Positions 10,243 through 19,471 of a stretch of 64,000 nucleotides of DNA are shown here, in pieces (positions within the stretch are counted from its first letter, which is position 1; each line of letters begins with the position of its first letter). Origin of the DNA: an uncultured Chloroflexia bacterium (GTDB taxonomy: Bacteria > Chloroflexota > Limnocylindria > Limnocylindrales > CSP1-4); assembly GCA_963766735.1 (NCBI GenBank), contig CAVYBU010000030.1, forward strand, positions 224,001 through 288,000, in the 5' to 3' direction. The translations under genes were made by a program, and so were the position numbers. The notes beneath the pieces were generated by a model. The model saw nothing but the letters and a program-made list of their open reading frames with translations, was not told the origin of the DNA and did no database searches.

Positions 10243-12417
10243 ATGTCCCTGCCCGTGACCCACGTCTACGCCTACGACCACCGCCACGACCTGCCGCTCA
10301 CCGAGCTCGCCCTGGTCATCGGCGGCAAGGCCGCCAACATCGCCACGATGGCCACGGAGCTGGGGCTCCCGGTCCCGCCGGCGTTCACGATCAGCACCGT
10401 GGCCTGCAACGAGTACCTCGCGACCGGCTGGCCGGACGGCCTGGACGACGAGATCCGCGAACACCTGGCGCGGATGGAGCAGCTCGTGGGCCGCCGCTTC
10501 GGGGACGCGGCGGACCCGCTGCTGGTCAGCGTCCGGTCGGGTGCCCCCCGCTCCATGCCCGGCATGATGGACACGATCCTCAACCTGGGCCTCAACGACT
10601 CCACCGAGGCGGGCCTGGCGGCGGCGTCCGGTGACCCGGTCTTCGCGGCGGACTGCCATGCGCGCTTCCGCAAGATCTACCAGGACGTCGTGGGCGTCAG
10701 CGTTGTCCCGCAGGACCCGTGGCAGCAGCTCCGGGGCGCCATCGAGGCCGTGTTCCGGTCCTGGAACAGCGACCGCGCCCGTGCCTACCGCGCCCACGAG
10801 GGGATCAGCGAATCCCTGGGCACGGGCGTGACGGTGCAGACGATGGTGTTCGGCAACCGTGGCGCAGACTCCGGGACCGGCGTGCTGTTCACCCGCAACC
10901 CGGCCACCGGCGAGAACGCCTTCTATGGCGACATCATGTTCAACGCCCAGGGCGAGGATGTGGTCGCTGGCACGCACAGGACCGAGGACGTGCGGATCCT
11001 CGACGATCGCATGCCGGCCGTGGCGGCAGAGCTCCGCGGCTACGCCACGACCCTCGAGCACCGCTACCGGGACTGCTGCGACATCGAGTTCACCATCGAG
11101 CAAGGCCGCCTCTGGATGCTCCAGGTTCGCGTGGGCAAGCGCACGCCCCAGGCGGCCCTGCGCATGGCTGTCGAGATGGCCGAGGACGAGGCGTTCCCGC
11201 TGTCGCGCGAGGAGGCGGTCCGCCGCGTGGCCGCGATCCTCACCACGCCCCCCACCACCGTCACCGGCCGCTCCGATGCCGGCCCTGCGTTGACGAGAGG
11301 CCTGGCGGCCTCCCCGGGTGTCGCCTGCGGAGAGATCGTCCTGACGCCCGAAGCTGCGGTCGCGGCCGCGGACGCCGGGCGCCGGGTCATCCTCGTCCGG
11401 TCCGAGACATCCCCGGACGACGTCCACGGCATGAGCCGGGCGGCCGGGATCCTGACCAGCACCGGCGGCTTTGTCAGCCATGCGGCGGTCGTCGCACGAG
11501 GGTGGGGAATCCCGGCTGTGGTCGGAGCCCCGGGCGTGGTGCTCGGGGAGGGGAGCGTCGCGATCGGTGGGACCGTCCTGTCCGCGGGTGACACGATCAC
11601 CATCGACGGTGCCAGCGGCGACGTGTTCCTCGGCGCAACGGCGGGCGCCTCCCAGGTGGTCCCCGAGGCGGCGACGCTTCTCGGGTGGGCCCGGGACCTG
11701 GGGATCGAGATCGACGTGGCGACGGCAGAGGAGGAGGCGGAGGCCATGACCGAGAACACGCCCGACGCAGGGCCTGGACCGACGGCCGCCAGTGCGGGCA
11801 TCTCGCCGGACGATGCCATCCGCGTCCTGGTGGTCAAGGGGTACGCAGGCCCGGACGGCATCGCGACAGCACTCCGTTGTAGGGAGGAGGACGCGGCGGC
11901 CATGCTGGACCGCCTGGTGGCGGACGGCATCGCCGAGATGGCCGCCGGCTCCTTCCGCCTCACCGCGGACGGCAAGGCGATCGGTGCCGAGAAGATCGCC
12001 GAGGACCGGGCGACCTGGGGCGTTGACAACGCCCTCGCCGCGCTGGACACGTTCCTGGTCCTGGACCACCGGATGAAGGACACGGTCACCGCCTGGCAGA
12101 TGCGAGAGGCGGACGGCGCCCAGACGTTCAACGACCACAGCGACGCGGACTACGACGCAGCGGTGCTGGCGCGCCTTGCGGCGCTCCACGAAGACGCTGC
12201 CGCCTGGCTGGCGCCGCTTGTCGCCGGCCTGCCTCGCCTAGCCGCGTACCGGGAGCGCCTGGAGCTTGCCGCCGCAAGAGCCGCTTCCGGTGATGGCAAG
12301 TACGTGGCGTCGCCACGGGTGGACAGCTACCACAGCATCTGGTTCGAGCTGCACGAGGATCTCATCCTCCTCGCCGGCCGCAACCGTGCCGACGAGGTTG
12401 CCGCGGGGCGGGCGTGA
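10243..12417 (+). CDS. ppdK: Truncated pyruvate,phosphate dikinase (ATP-grasp plus His-swivel, no pyruvate TIM barrel) fused to an Rv1126c-like C-terminal domain
   Basis: PPDK motifs GGKAAN, LLVSVRSGA..SMPGMMDTILNLG, QGEDVV, DIEFTIE, SHAAVVARGWG. C-terminus AWQMR...NDHSDADYD...DSYHSIWFELHEDL resembles, from recall, the mycobacterial Rv1126c family. Confidence 0.8.
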   Translation: MSLPVTHVYAYDHRHDLPLTELALVIGGKAANIATMATELGLPVPPAFTISTVACNEYLATGWPDGLDDEIREHLARMEQLVGRRFGDAADPLLVSVRSGAPRSMPGMMDTILNLGLNDSTEAGLAAASGDPVFAADCHARFRKIYQDVVGVSVVPQDPWQQLRGAIEAVFRSWNSDRARAYRAHEGISESLGTGVTVQTMVFGNRGADSGTGVLFTRNPATGENAFYGDIMFNAQGEDVVAGTHRTEDVRILDDRMPAVAAELRGYATTLEHRYRDCCDIEFTIEQGRLWMLQVRVGKRTPQAALRMAVEMAEDEAFPLSREEAVRRVAAILTTPPTTVTGRSDAGPALTRGLAASPGVACGEIVLTPEAAVAAADAGRRVILVRSETSPDDVHGMSRAAGILTSTGGFVSHAAVVARGWGIPAVVGAPGVVLGEGSVAIGGTVLSAGDTITIDGASGDVFLGATAGASQVVPEAATLLGWARDLGIEIDVATAEEEAEAMTENTPDAGPGPTAASAGISPDDAIRVLVVKGYAGPDGIATALRCREEDAAAMLDRLVADGIAEMAAGSFRLTADGKAIGAEKIAEDRATWGVDNALAALDTFLVLDHRMKDTVTAWQMREADGAQTFNDHSDADYDAAVLARLAALHEDAAAWLAPLVAGLPRLAAYRERLELAAARAASGDGKYVASPRVDSYHSIWFELHEDLILLAGRNRADEVAAGRA

Positions 12418-12439
12418 CCGCGTCCCGGGAGGAGAAGGC

Positions 12440-13212
12440 ATGAGCGTCGAGGGTCGCCGGATCGTCGTCACCGGGGCGTCCAGCGGGCTCGGCGCACACA
12501 CCGTTCGCCTGCTCGCTGGGCGTGGGGCACAGGTCGTGGCCGCCGGCCGGCGGCTGGATCGCCTGGAGGCGCTCGCCGCGGAGCTCGCGGACGCCCCGGG
12601 CGCGTGGTTCCAGTGTGCGCGGACGTCACGGTGGAGGACGACGTGGCTGCGCTCATGGCGGCCGCCGTCGCCGCCCTCGGCGGCATCGACGTCCTCGTCA
12701 ACAACGCCGGCAGCGAGGTCCAGGGCCCCATCGACCGGCTGTCCCTGGACGACTTCGAGGGCATGTTCCGGGCCAACGCCGTCAGCGTGTTCCTGTGCGT
12801 GCGGGCGGCCCTGCCCGCGCTCCGCGAGAGCCGGGGCATGGTCGTCAACCTGGGATCCACGGTGGTCGCGCGCCCGCCGCGCGGTCGTTTCGGCTACGTC
12901 GCGAGCAAGGGCGCCGTGGAGGCGATGTCCAGGGGTCTCGCCGTGGACCTGGGGCGGGACGGGATCCGGGTCAACTGCATCCGGCCCGGGATCATCCCGT
13001 CCGAGCTTCGCGGCCTGACCGAGGACGAGGAGCGGGCGCGGTTCGAGGCGGGGCTCCACTTCGGGCGCCAGGCGCTCTCGACGGTAGGGGAGGGCCGCGA
13101 CGTGGCCGAGGCCATCGCCTGGCTCTGTGGAGAGGGCGGCCGCTTCGTCACGGGTACGGTGATCGACATCGACGGCGGCTTCACGCTCGGGACGGCGGAC
13201 GTCCTGGGCTGA
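12440..13212 (+). CDS. SDR family oxidoreductase; frameshift near 12600
   Basis: TGASSGLG in one frame and NNAG...YVASK in another, joined by a 1-nt indel at ccgggcgcgtgg. RBS GGAGGAG. Confidence 0.85.
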
Positions 13213-13271
13213 CGTCGTCGGTCGACGAACGACCCGGTTGCCGGGCGACCCGGTCGTCGCGTCGCCAGGCC

Positions 13272-13313
13272 TCGCGCCCTGTCCCTACGGGTTCGCGCCC
13301 TGTCCCTACGGGT
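13272..13313. repeat. Exact 21-bp tandem duplication (tcgcgccctgtccctacgggt x2) overlapping the stop codon of ADH copy 2
   Basis: Read directly: 13272-13292 equals 13293-13313. Confidence 0.9.
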
Positions 13314-14370
13314 TGACCAGGATCTTGATCGCTCCGGATGAGCGGTCGTTGAACGTGGCCAGCGCCTCCGCGTAGTCCGCGAGGGCGAACCGGTGGGTCA
13401 CCATCTCGCGGACCCGCATGTTGCCCTGCTCCACGTGAGGGATCACGCGCCGCATCTCGCCGGCGGATGCCCGCGACCCGACAAGCTCCAGCTCGTCGAG
13501 GACCAGGCGCTGCATGGCAATCTCCACGCCCACCGTCGGGATCCCGACCGCCGCGCATCGCCCCCCGCGCCGGAGCATCTCCAGCGCCGCCTCGACCATC
13601 TGCGGGACGCCCGCGCACTCCAGCACCACGTCCACGCCATAGCCTCCGGTCATCGCCCGGACCGTGCCCACCGGATCGCCGGCCGCGGTGTTGACCGTCT
13701 CGAAGCCCATGGCCGCCGCCTTGGCCAGCCGATGGCCACGGCCCACGACGATGACCCGCCCGGCTCCCCGGATCCGCGCCGCATCGCCGCCGAGCAGGCC
13801 GATCGCGCCCGCACCCGTGATCGCCACCGTGTCGCCGGGGGTGATGTTGCCGCGGTTGGCGACGTGGAGCGCAATCGACGCGGGGTCGATCATCGCCCCG
13901 TCCTCGAAGGAGAGGCTGTCCGGGAGGGCGAAGATCGTCTTGACGCCCTGGACGACGTAGGTGGCATCGGCGCCCTGGACGCTGTGGCCGTACTGGCGGT
14001 GCAGCCCCTCGCGCCCGTAGTTCTCGCACAGGTTGTAGCGGCCCTCGACGCATTCGCGACAGACGCCGCAGGCATCGTGGGAGGTACCGGCCACGCGGTC
14101 GCCGACCTGCCAGCCGAAGCGCTCGGCCCCGGGACCCAGGGCCGCGATCTCGCCCGCCCACTCGTGCCCCGGGATGAACGGGAAGGCCGGGGGCCAGAAC
14201 CCGGGGTAGTCGCCCCGGATCAGGTGGGCGTCGGTGCCGCAGATCGAGACCGCGCGCACGCGCGCGAGGACCTCGTTGGGTCCGGGCACAGGGACCGGGA
14301 CCTCCTGGATCTCGAGCACCGAGGGCTCGAGGACGACGAGGGCCTGCATGGTCGAGGGCACGGCGGACAT
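13306..14370 (-). CDS. Zn-dependent alcohol dehydrogenase (MDR), copy 2
   Basis: Same motifs as copy 1. RBS and 5' coding region are nearly identical to 9128-9430. Confidence 0.92.
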   Translation of the reverse strand: MSAVPSTMQALVVLEPSVLEIQEVPVPVPGPNEVLARVRAVSICGTDAHLIRGDYPGFWPPAFPFIPGHEWAGEIAALGPGAERFGWQVGDRVAGTSHDACGVCRECVEGRYNLCENYGREGLHRQYGHSVQGADATYVVQGVKTIFALPDSLSFEDGAMIDPASIALHVANRGNITPGDTVAITGAGAIGLLGGDAARIRGAGRVIVVGRGHRLAKAAAMGFETVNTAAGDPVGTVRAMTGGYGVDVVLECAGVPQMVEAALEMLRRGGRCAAVGIPTVGVEIAMQRLVLDELELVGSRASAGEMRRVIPHVEQGNMRVREMVTHRFALADYAEALATFNDRSSGAIKILVNP

Positions 14371-14432
14371 CGGGTTGACTCCTTGGTCTGTGGACCGGAC
14401 CACCGACCCGCCGTTGGGACGCTCAGAGGCGA

Positions 14433-15326
14433 TCAGCGCGGCGGCGCGTCCTTGGCCGGATACGTGGTGCTCGTGGGGGCGGTGAACTTGTCGTAGAGCG
14501 CCCCGGCGTTCCGCTCCTGGATGTAGTCCATCATGTATTCCTGCCCGATATCCACCGGGTAGCGCTCGGCGAAGTTGACGCGCGCCATCGTCTCCTCGCG
14601 GGTCCAGCCCTTGGCAACGGCGATGGCCACGGCGGCCTTCCACTCGAGCATGAACGAGCGCTGGGTCGCGAGGTATGCCTTTCCCTGAACGGGTCCGTGA
14701 CCCGGGATGACGTGGTCGATGTCCAGGGCGCGGATCCGGTCGAGGGCCAGGATCCACTGGTCGACATCCGAGGTCATCAGCCAGGTGGTGCACTCCGAGA
14801 AGATGGTGTCGCCGGTGAACACGGCGCGCTCTTCCGGGACGTACACGGCGACCTGGCCCGGGGTGTGTCCGGGGGTGTGGAGCAGGTGGAACGTGCGATC
14901 GCCAACCTTGAGCGTCACGTCGCCCGAGAAGACGATGTCCGCGGTGCCCATGTTCGCGTAGTAGGTCTCGCGGTCGGGGACCAGCGCGGCGCCGTCCGGG
15001 TCGTCGGTCGGCAGCGCCTCGAGCGCGTACTCGAACGGATCCAGCTCCGGGTAGACGGTCATGAACCGCTCGTGGACGCCCTGGTGGTGGATGATCGGGC
15101 CGGCGCCCTTGAACCAGTAGTTGCCGAAGATGTGGTCGACGTGGTGCTCGGTGTTGATCACGTACTGGATCGTCCCGTGCTCCTCGACCTGCTTGCGCAT
15201 CGCGACGGCCTTCGTCGGCAGCTGCGGCGTGTCGATGACGACAGGCCCCTTGGACGTCAGCACGAAGGACGGGTTGCAGCCGCGCACCTTGGTCTCGGCG
15301 AAGATTCGGTCGGTGACCTGCTGCAT
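14433..15326 (-). CDS. Metallo-beta-lactamase fold hydrolase
   Basis: Motifs TEHHVDHIFGN (HxHxDH-like), GHT, TGD, PGHG. RBS GGGAG before MQQVTDR. Confidence 0.88.
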   Translation of the reverse strand: MQQVTDRIFAETKVRGCNPSFVLTSKGPVVIDTPQLPTKAVAMRKQVEEHGTIQYVINTEHHVDHIFGNYWFKGAGPIIHHQGVHERFMTVYPELDPFEYALEALPTDDPDGAALVPDRETYYANMGTADIVFSGDVTLKVGDRTFHLLHTPGHTPGQVAVYVPEERAVFTGDTIFSECTTWLMTSDVDQWILALDRIRALDIDHVIPGHGPVQGKAYLATQRSFMLEWKAAVAIAVAKGWTREETMARVNFAERYPVDIGQEYMMDYIQERNAGALYDKFTAPTSTTYPAKDAPPR

Positions 15327-15348
15327 GGCTGGAGGCTCCCTCTGCGTG

Positions 15349-16134
15349 CTACTGGGTTGCGGTGAGGCCGCCATCGACGCCCAGGACCTGGCCGGTGACG
15401 AAGCCGGCGGCGTCTGAGGCCAGGAAGACGACCGGGCCGGTCATGTCCGACGTGTCGCCGACGCGCCCGAGCGGAATGCGGTTGACGACGCCGGCCTTGA
15501 AGGCAGGGTCGTCGAGCAGCATCGCGACCTGGGGGGTGTCAACGAAGGTGGGGCGGATGGCGTTGACCCGGATCCCGTGCTTCGCCCATTCGGTCGCCCA
15601 CTGGCGGGTCAGGGAGCTGATAGCCCCCTTCGCGGCCACGTATGCCGAGTAGCCCGCGTTGATCCCGAGGTCCGCCCGTACCGAGCTGATGTTGACGACG
15701 ACGCCGCCGTTGCCGGCCTTGATCATCGCCTTGACGGCGGCCTGGGTTGCGAGCAGCGTCGAGCGGACGTTGAGCTCCATGATCCAGTCCCAGTCGTCCC
15801 GCGGGTAGTCCTGGGCATCGTGGAGCACCTTGCCAGCGCCGCCGCCGACGCAGTTGACGATGATGTCCACCTTGCCGAACCGCTCGACGGTGGCGGCGAC
15901 GATGCTCTCGCAGCCGGCCTCGCTCGTGACGTCCGCAGACAGGGCCAGGACCTCGGCGCCGGTCGCGCGGATGGTCTCCGCGGCCGCGTCGGCGCGCTCC
16001 TGCGTCACGTCCACGACGGTGACCTTCGCGCCCGCACCAGCCAGGGCTCCCGCGATCGCCGACCCGATGGCGCCGCCACCGCCGGGAACCAGGGCCACCT
16101 TGCCCTCGAGGCTGAAGACATCGAGATAGCTCAT
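15349..16134 (-). CDS. SDR family oxidoreductase (gluconate-5-dehydrogenase-like)
   Basis: Motifs GGGGAIG, NISS, YVAAK, VDGG. RBS GGGAGGGAG. Confidence 0.9.
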   Translation of the reverse strand: MSYLDVFSLEGKVALVPGGGGAIGSAIAGALAGAGAKVTVVDVTQERADAAAETIRATGAEVLALSADVTSEAGCESIVAATVERFGKVDIIVNCVGGGAGKVLHDAQDYPRDDWDWIMELNVRSTLLATQAAVKAMIKAGNGGVVVNISSVRADLGINAGYSAYVAAKGAISSLTRQWATEWAKHGIRVNAIRPTFVDTPQVAMLLDDPAFKAGVVNRIPLGRVGDTSDMTGPVVFLASDAAGFVTGQVLGVDGGLTATQ

Positions 16135-16174
16135 CTGGACTCCCTCCCGGACGGCGCCCGCCGGCGCATATCGG

Positions 16175-16203
16175 CACGTATCATCGATTATCGAGCATAC
16201 GTG
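16175..16203. promoter_or_regulatory. 29-bp near-perfect palindrome CACGTATCATCGAT-T-ATCGAGCATACGTG, candidate operator of the leftward SDR-MBL-ADH operon
   Basis: Arms match at 12 of 14 positions. AT-rich island about 40 bp upstream of the SDR start. Confidence 0.65.
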
Positions 16204-16313
16204 AGAACGGGTTCCCGGTCAACGGACGCGGGCGCGCGAGGGACCTATGCGAGCGGCCGACCTCTGCGCTGGGCGGCGCGGATCCCACCAGTCGCCGGAG
16301 TCGCCCGGTCCGT

Positions 16314-16622
16314 TCAGTCGGCGGGTGCGAACAGCCGGGCCCAGCCGTCGTACGGGCGCAGGCCCATCACCTCGAACGTGAGGATGCCCGCCTTGACGAA
16401 CGGAAGCGATGCCAGCGCCTCGCGCGCGGCGTCCTCATCCGGCGCCTCGAGGATCATGACGCTCATGCGGGCGCCCGTGCGGAAGCTGATCTCGCGCACG
16501 GTCCCGGCCTGGTGGAGCTCCCAGGCACGTCGTGCCTCCGCACGACCAAGGGCTTGCGCCTCGTCGCTGGAGAAGCCGGGAAAGGTGCTGTCCACTTCGG
16601 AACCGAGGGCGAGGAAACGCAT
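16314..16622 (-). CDS. Small muconolactone-isomerase/YCII-like dimeric alpha-beta barrel protein
   Basis: AEARRAWELHQAGTVREI...LEA...A...LASLPFVKAG. TACGAT lies 6 nt before ATG 16622 (leaderless). Confidence 0.7.
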   Translation of the reverse strand: MRFLALGSEVDSTFPGFSSDEAQALGRAEARRAWELHQAGTVREISFRTGARMSVMILEAPDEDAAREALASLPFVKAGILTFEVMGLRPYDGWARLFAPAD

Positions 16623-16663
16623 GTCCTGATCGTACCGCCGTTGGCAGGCCAGGTGGGGACCGG

Positions 16664-17449
16664 CTAGATCGGGACCGCGAACGCCACCACGACGACCGCG
16701 ATGGACGACACGATCTCGACGATGCCCACGTGGATCGGCCGGAGCGGCCTGGGACTCATGGCAAGCCGGCGCTGGACCACCGGCAGGGCGATGGCGCGGG
16801 CCGCCAGCCCGGCCGCCAGAATCGCGTAGGCCGGGGGGAGCGCCACGGCCGCCAGGGCGATGAGGGCCACGTGGAACCCGGCGGACAGTGACGCGAAGGT
16901 CCCGTTGCCGCGCTCGCGGAGGACGGAACGGACCATCAGCACCGTCCCGAACAGGTACCCCGCAGCCACGAGCGTGTACGCGATGACGATGGCGGACTCG
17001 AACTCGCCGGAGACGTACGCCGCCGCGGGCACCAGGACCAGCGCCTGCACCACCTGGACCAGGCTGTTGGCGAGATCCCGGCGCGTCCCCGGCTGTGCTC
17101 CACGGAACACGATGAGCGAGGTCGGCACCACCACCACGAGGATGGCGAGCAGGGCCGGGAAGGCGACGACCAGCAGCAGCCCGAGCGCGGCGAACGCGGT
17201 GCCGTATACGGCGATCGGGGCCCGGTAGGCAGGCGGGCGGCGGGCCCGGGACCACGCCTGCAGGGTGACCGATGCCAGGTAGCCGGTCAGCGCGGCACCG
17301 GCGACGGCCAGCTGCCAGGGGCTCGGCCGGCTCGCCGCCACGCCCAGCAGGACGGGTAGCAGGAGCATTGCCCAGGCGCCGTGCTGGCGCGGCACCCAGA
17401 GACGATGACCTGAGGGTCGGCGGGGATCGGGACGGGCGGGCGCGGTCAC
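16664..17449 (-). CDS. YwiC-like membrane protein
   Basis: WVPRQHGAWAMLLLP signature, multiple TM segments, C-terminal VGIVEI. Confidence 0.85.
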   Translation of the reverse strand: MTAPARPDPRRPSGHRLWVPRQHGAWAMLLLPVLLGVAASRPSPWQLAVAGAALTGYLASVTLQAWSRARRPPAYRAPIAVYGTAFAALGLLLVVAFPALLAILVVVVPTSLIVFRGAQPGTRRDLANSLVQVVQALVLVPAAAYVSGEFESAIVIAYTLVAAGYLFGTVLMVRSVLRERGNGTFASLSAGFHVALIALAAVALPPAYAILAAGLAARAIALPVVQRRLAMSPRPLRPIHVGIVEIVSSIAVVVVAFAVPI

Positions 17450-17509
17450 GCCCCCCACGCTAGCACCCACCTTCCCGCGGGCGGAAGGCGCCCGGACACG
17501 CCGGATCAG

Positions 17510-17546
17510 GGGTGGGGCTTGGGGTGGCCTACGGGGCTCGAACCCG
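17510..17546. repeat. att-like direct repeat (tRNA-His 3' end plus 10 bp flank); partner at 19462-19498
   Basis: gggtggggcttggggtggcctacggggctcgaacccg is identical at both sites. Confidence 0.92.
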
Positions 17547-17597
17547 GTGAGCGGGTCCGGGACGCCCTGGCCATCGCCGGGTCACGTCGGCGAGCGT

Positions 17598-18465
17598 ATG
17601 CTCACCAGGCCCGTCACCACAGTGGACCCATCCGTGACCGATCCCTCCCCGCAGGTCAGTGTCCTGATCCCGTGCTGGAACGCGGCCGGCACGATCGAGC
17701 GTGCGCTCGACTCCGTCCTGGACACGACCGGCCCAACCATCGAGTGCATCGTGGTGGACGATGCATCCACCGACGGGACCGCGGACCTGGTCCGGTCCCT
17801 GGCCGATCGCGATCCGAGGATCGTGCTCGTGCGGGCGGCTGAGAATGCCGGGGCCTCCGCTGCGCGCAACCTGGGGCTTCCCCTGGTTCGCGGCGAGTGG
17901 CTGACCTTCCTTGACAGCGACGACCGGATGCTGCCCGGTGCCCTCGCCGCGCTGCACCACGCCGCCGTGGCGACCGATGCGCTGGCCGTCATCGGACAGC
18001 GGATCTGGTCCGACGGCGTGGACACGTGGATCACCAGGCAGTACGACCGGCCGGACATCCGCGAGCCAGGGCGCAAGTCGCTGGTCGCCAACCCGGGCTT
18101 GATGTTCTACGCGTCGGGGACGGGCAAGCTCTTCCATCGCTCCATTCGCGAGGGGCTGCGTTTCGAGGGCCGGGTGCTCGGCGACCAGCCCTGGACGCTG
18201 TGCGCCCTGCTCCGGGCCGGCGACCGGATCGAGGTGATCGGGGACGTCGTGTACGAGTGGGACCGCCCTCGGCCGGGCAACGAGTTCACGTCGATCACCG
18301 AGGAGAAGCGCAGGTCGGCGGCGCGTGCGGCGGAGGCCGTCGAGGTGGCGATCGGAGCCTGGCGGCAGGTCGCAGATGAGGCCGACCGTGTCCTGACCGA
18401 CGTGGCCTCTCGGCGCCTCGTCCACGCCGCCTATCTCGACCGACTGGTGCGCGCCGACTTCTCAA
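17598..18465 (+). pseudogene. Glycosyltransferase family 2, 3'-truncated
   Basis: Motifs VSVLIPCWN, VVDDASTDGT, GASAARNLGL, FLDSDD. After about 18465 the ORF is only the antisense of the dehydrogenase. Confidence 0.75.
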
Positions 18466-19452
18466 GTTGGCTTGAACGCGACGCCGATGACGCCGACGCG
18501 CGACTCTTTGAGCGCCTTGCCGCGTTCGTTGAGCGCCTCGGCGATCAGGTCGACCACGTGCCGTGGCATGCTGAAGTTGATATCGCTGGCGGCCTCGATG
18601 AACCGGTCGGTGAAGTCGAACTCGCGCGCTCGCCACGACAGGTAGTACGAGTCCACAGAGATGCATTGGCCGCCCACGCCCGGCCCTGGCATGAAGCGCA
18701 TGAAGCCGAATGGCTTGGTAGCAGCGGCGTCGATGATCTCCCACACGTCCAGGTCCATCCGCTCGCACAGCAGCGCGAGCTGGTTGACGAACGCGATGTT
18801 CACGTTGCGGAAGGTGTTCTCGAGCAGCTTGGCCATCTCGGCCGCGTGCGGCGATGACATCTCCACGACGCGGTCGTTGACGTTGGCCAGCAGGGCCGCG
18901 ACGCGCCGCGTGGCGGACTCGGTGGTGCCGCCGACGAGACGCGGGACGCTGCGACTCGAGCTGGCGGGGTCGCCAGGGCTCACGCGCTCGGGCGCGAAGG
19001 CCAGGTCGAAGTCGGTGCCGGCCAGGAGGCCGCTCTCCTCGATCGCTTTGCGGAACGGCCCGGTCGTGGTGCCCGGGAACGTCGTGGACTGGAGGACGAC
19101 GAGGTGACCGGCACGGATGCCGTCCCGGACGAAGGTGGCCGCCGCTAGTACAGGGCCGAGGTCCGGGTCCTTGGTAGACGTGATGGGCGTCGGCACGCAG
19201 ACGAACACGGCATCGACATCCGCGAGGCGCGCGTTCAAGGGTTCGACCACGCGCAGGCCCGCGTCCAGCGCCGCGGACAGGCGCTCGTCGGAGATGTCAT
19301 CGATGGGGGATCGGCGGGCGTTGGAGCTCGGCGACGCGTGACGGGGAGGCGTCCACTCCCTCGACCTCCAAGCCGGCCTCGACGAACCCGATGGCGAGCG
19401 GGAGGCCCACGTACCCGAGCCCGATGATCGCGACGCGCCGATCCTGGGTCAT
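18462..19452 (-). pseudogene. Nucleotide-sugar dehydrogenase (WecC/TviB type), frameshifted near 19323 and 3'-truncated
   Basis: MTQDRRVAIIGLGYVGLPLA from ATG 19452 (RBS GGAGG). Motifs CVPTP, STTFPGTT, PERV, KLLENTFR, PGPGVGG.C. Ends abruptly at GVAFKPT*. Confidence 0.8.
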
Positions 19453-19471
19453 ACGTCCTCCGGGTGGGGCT

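Noticed and set aside
17519-17546. Second tRNA gene
   Set aside because: Only the T-arm and acceptor 3' half are present; it is the att duplication.
18466-18857. C-terminal domain of the GT2 ORF, or a genuine overlapping gene pair
   Set aside because: It is the antisense read-through of the dehydrogenase fragment after the deletion junction.
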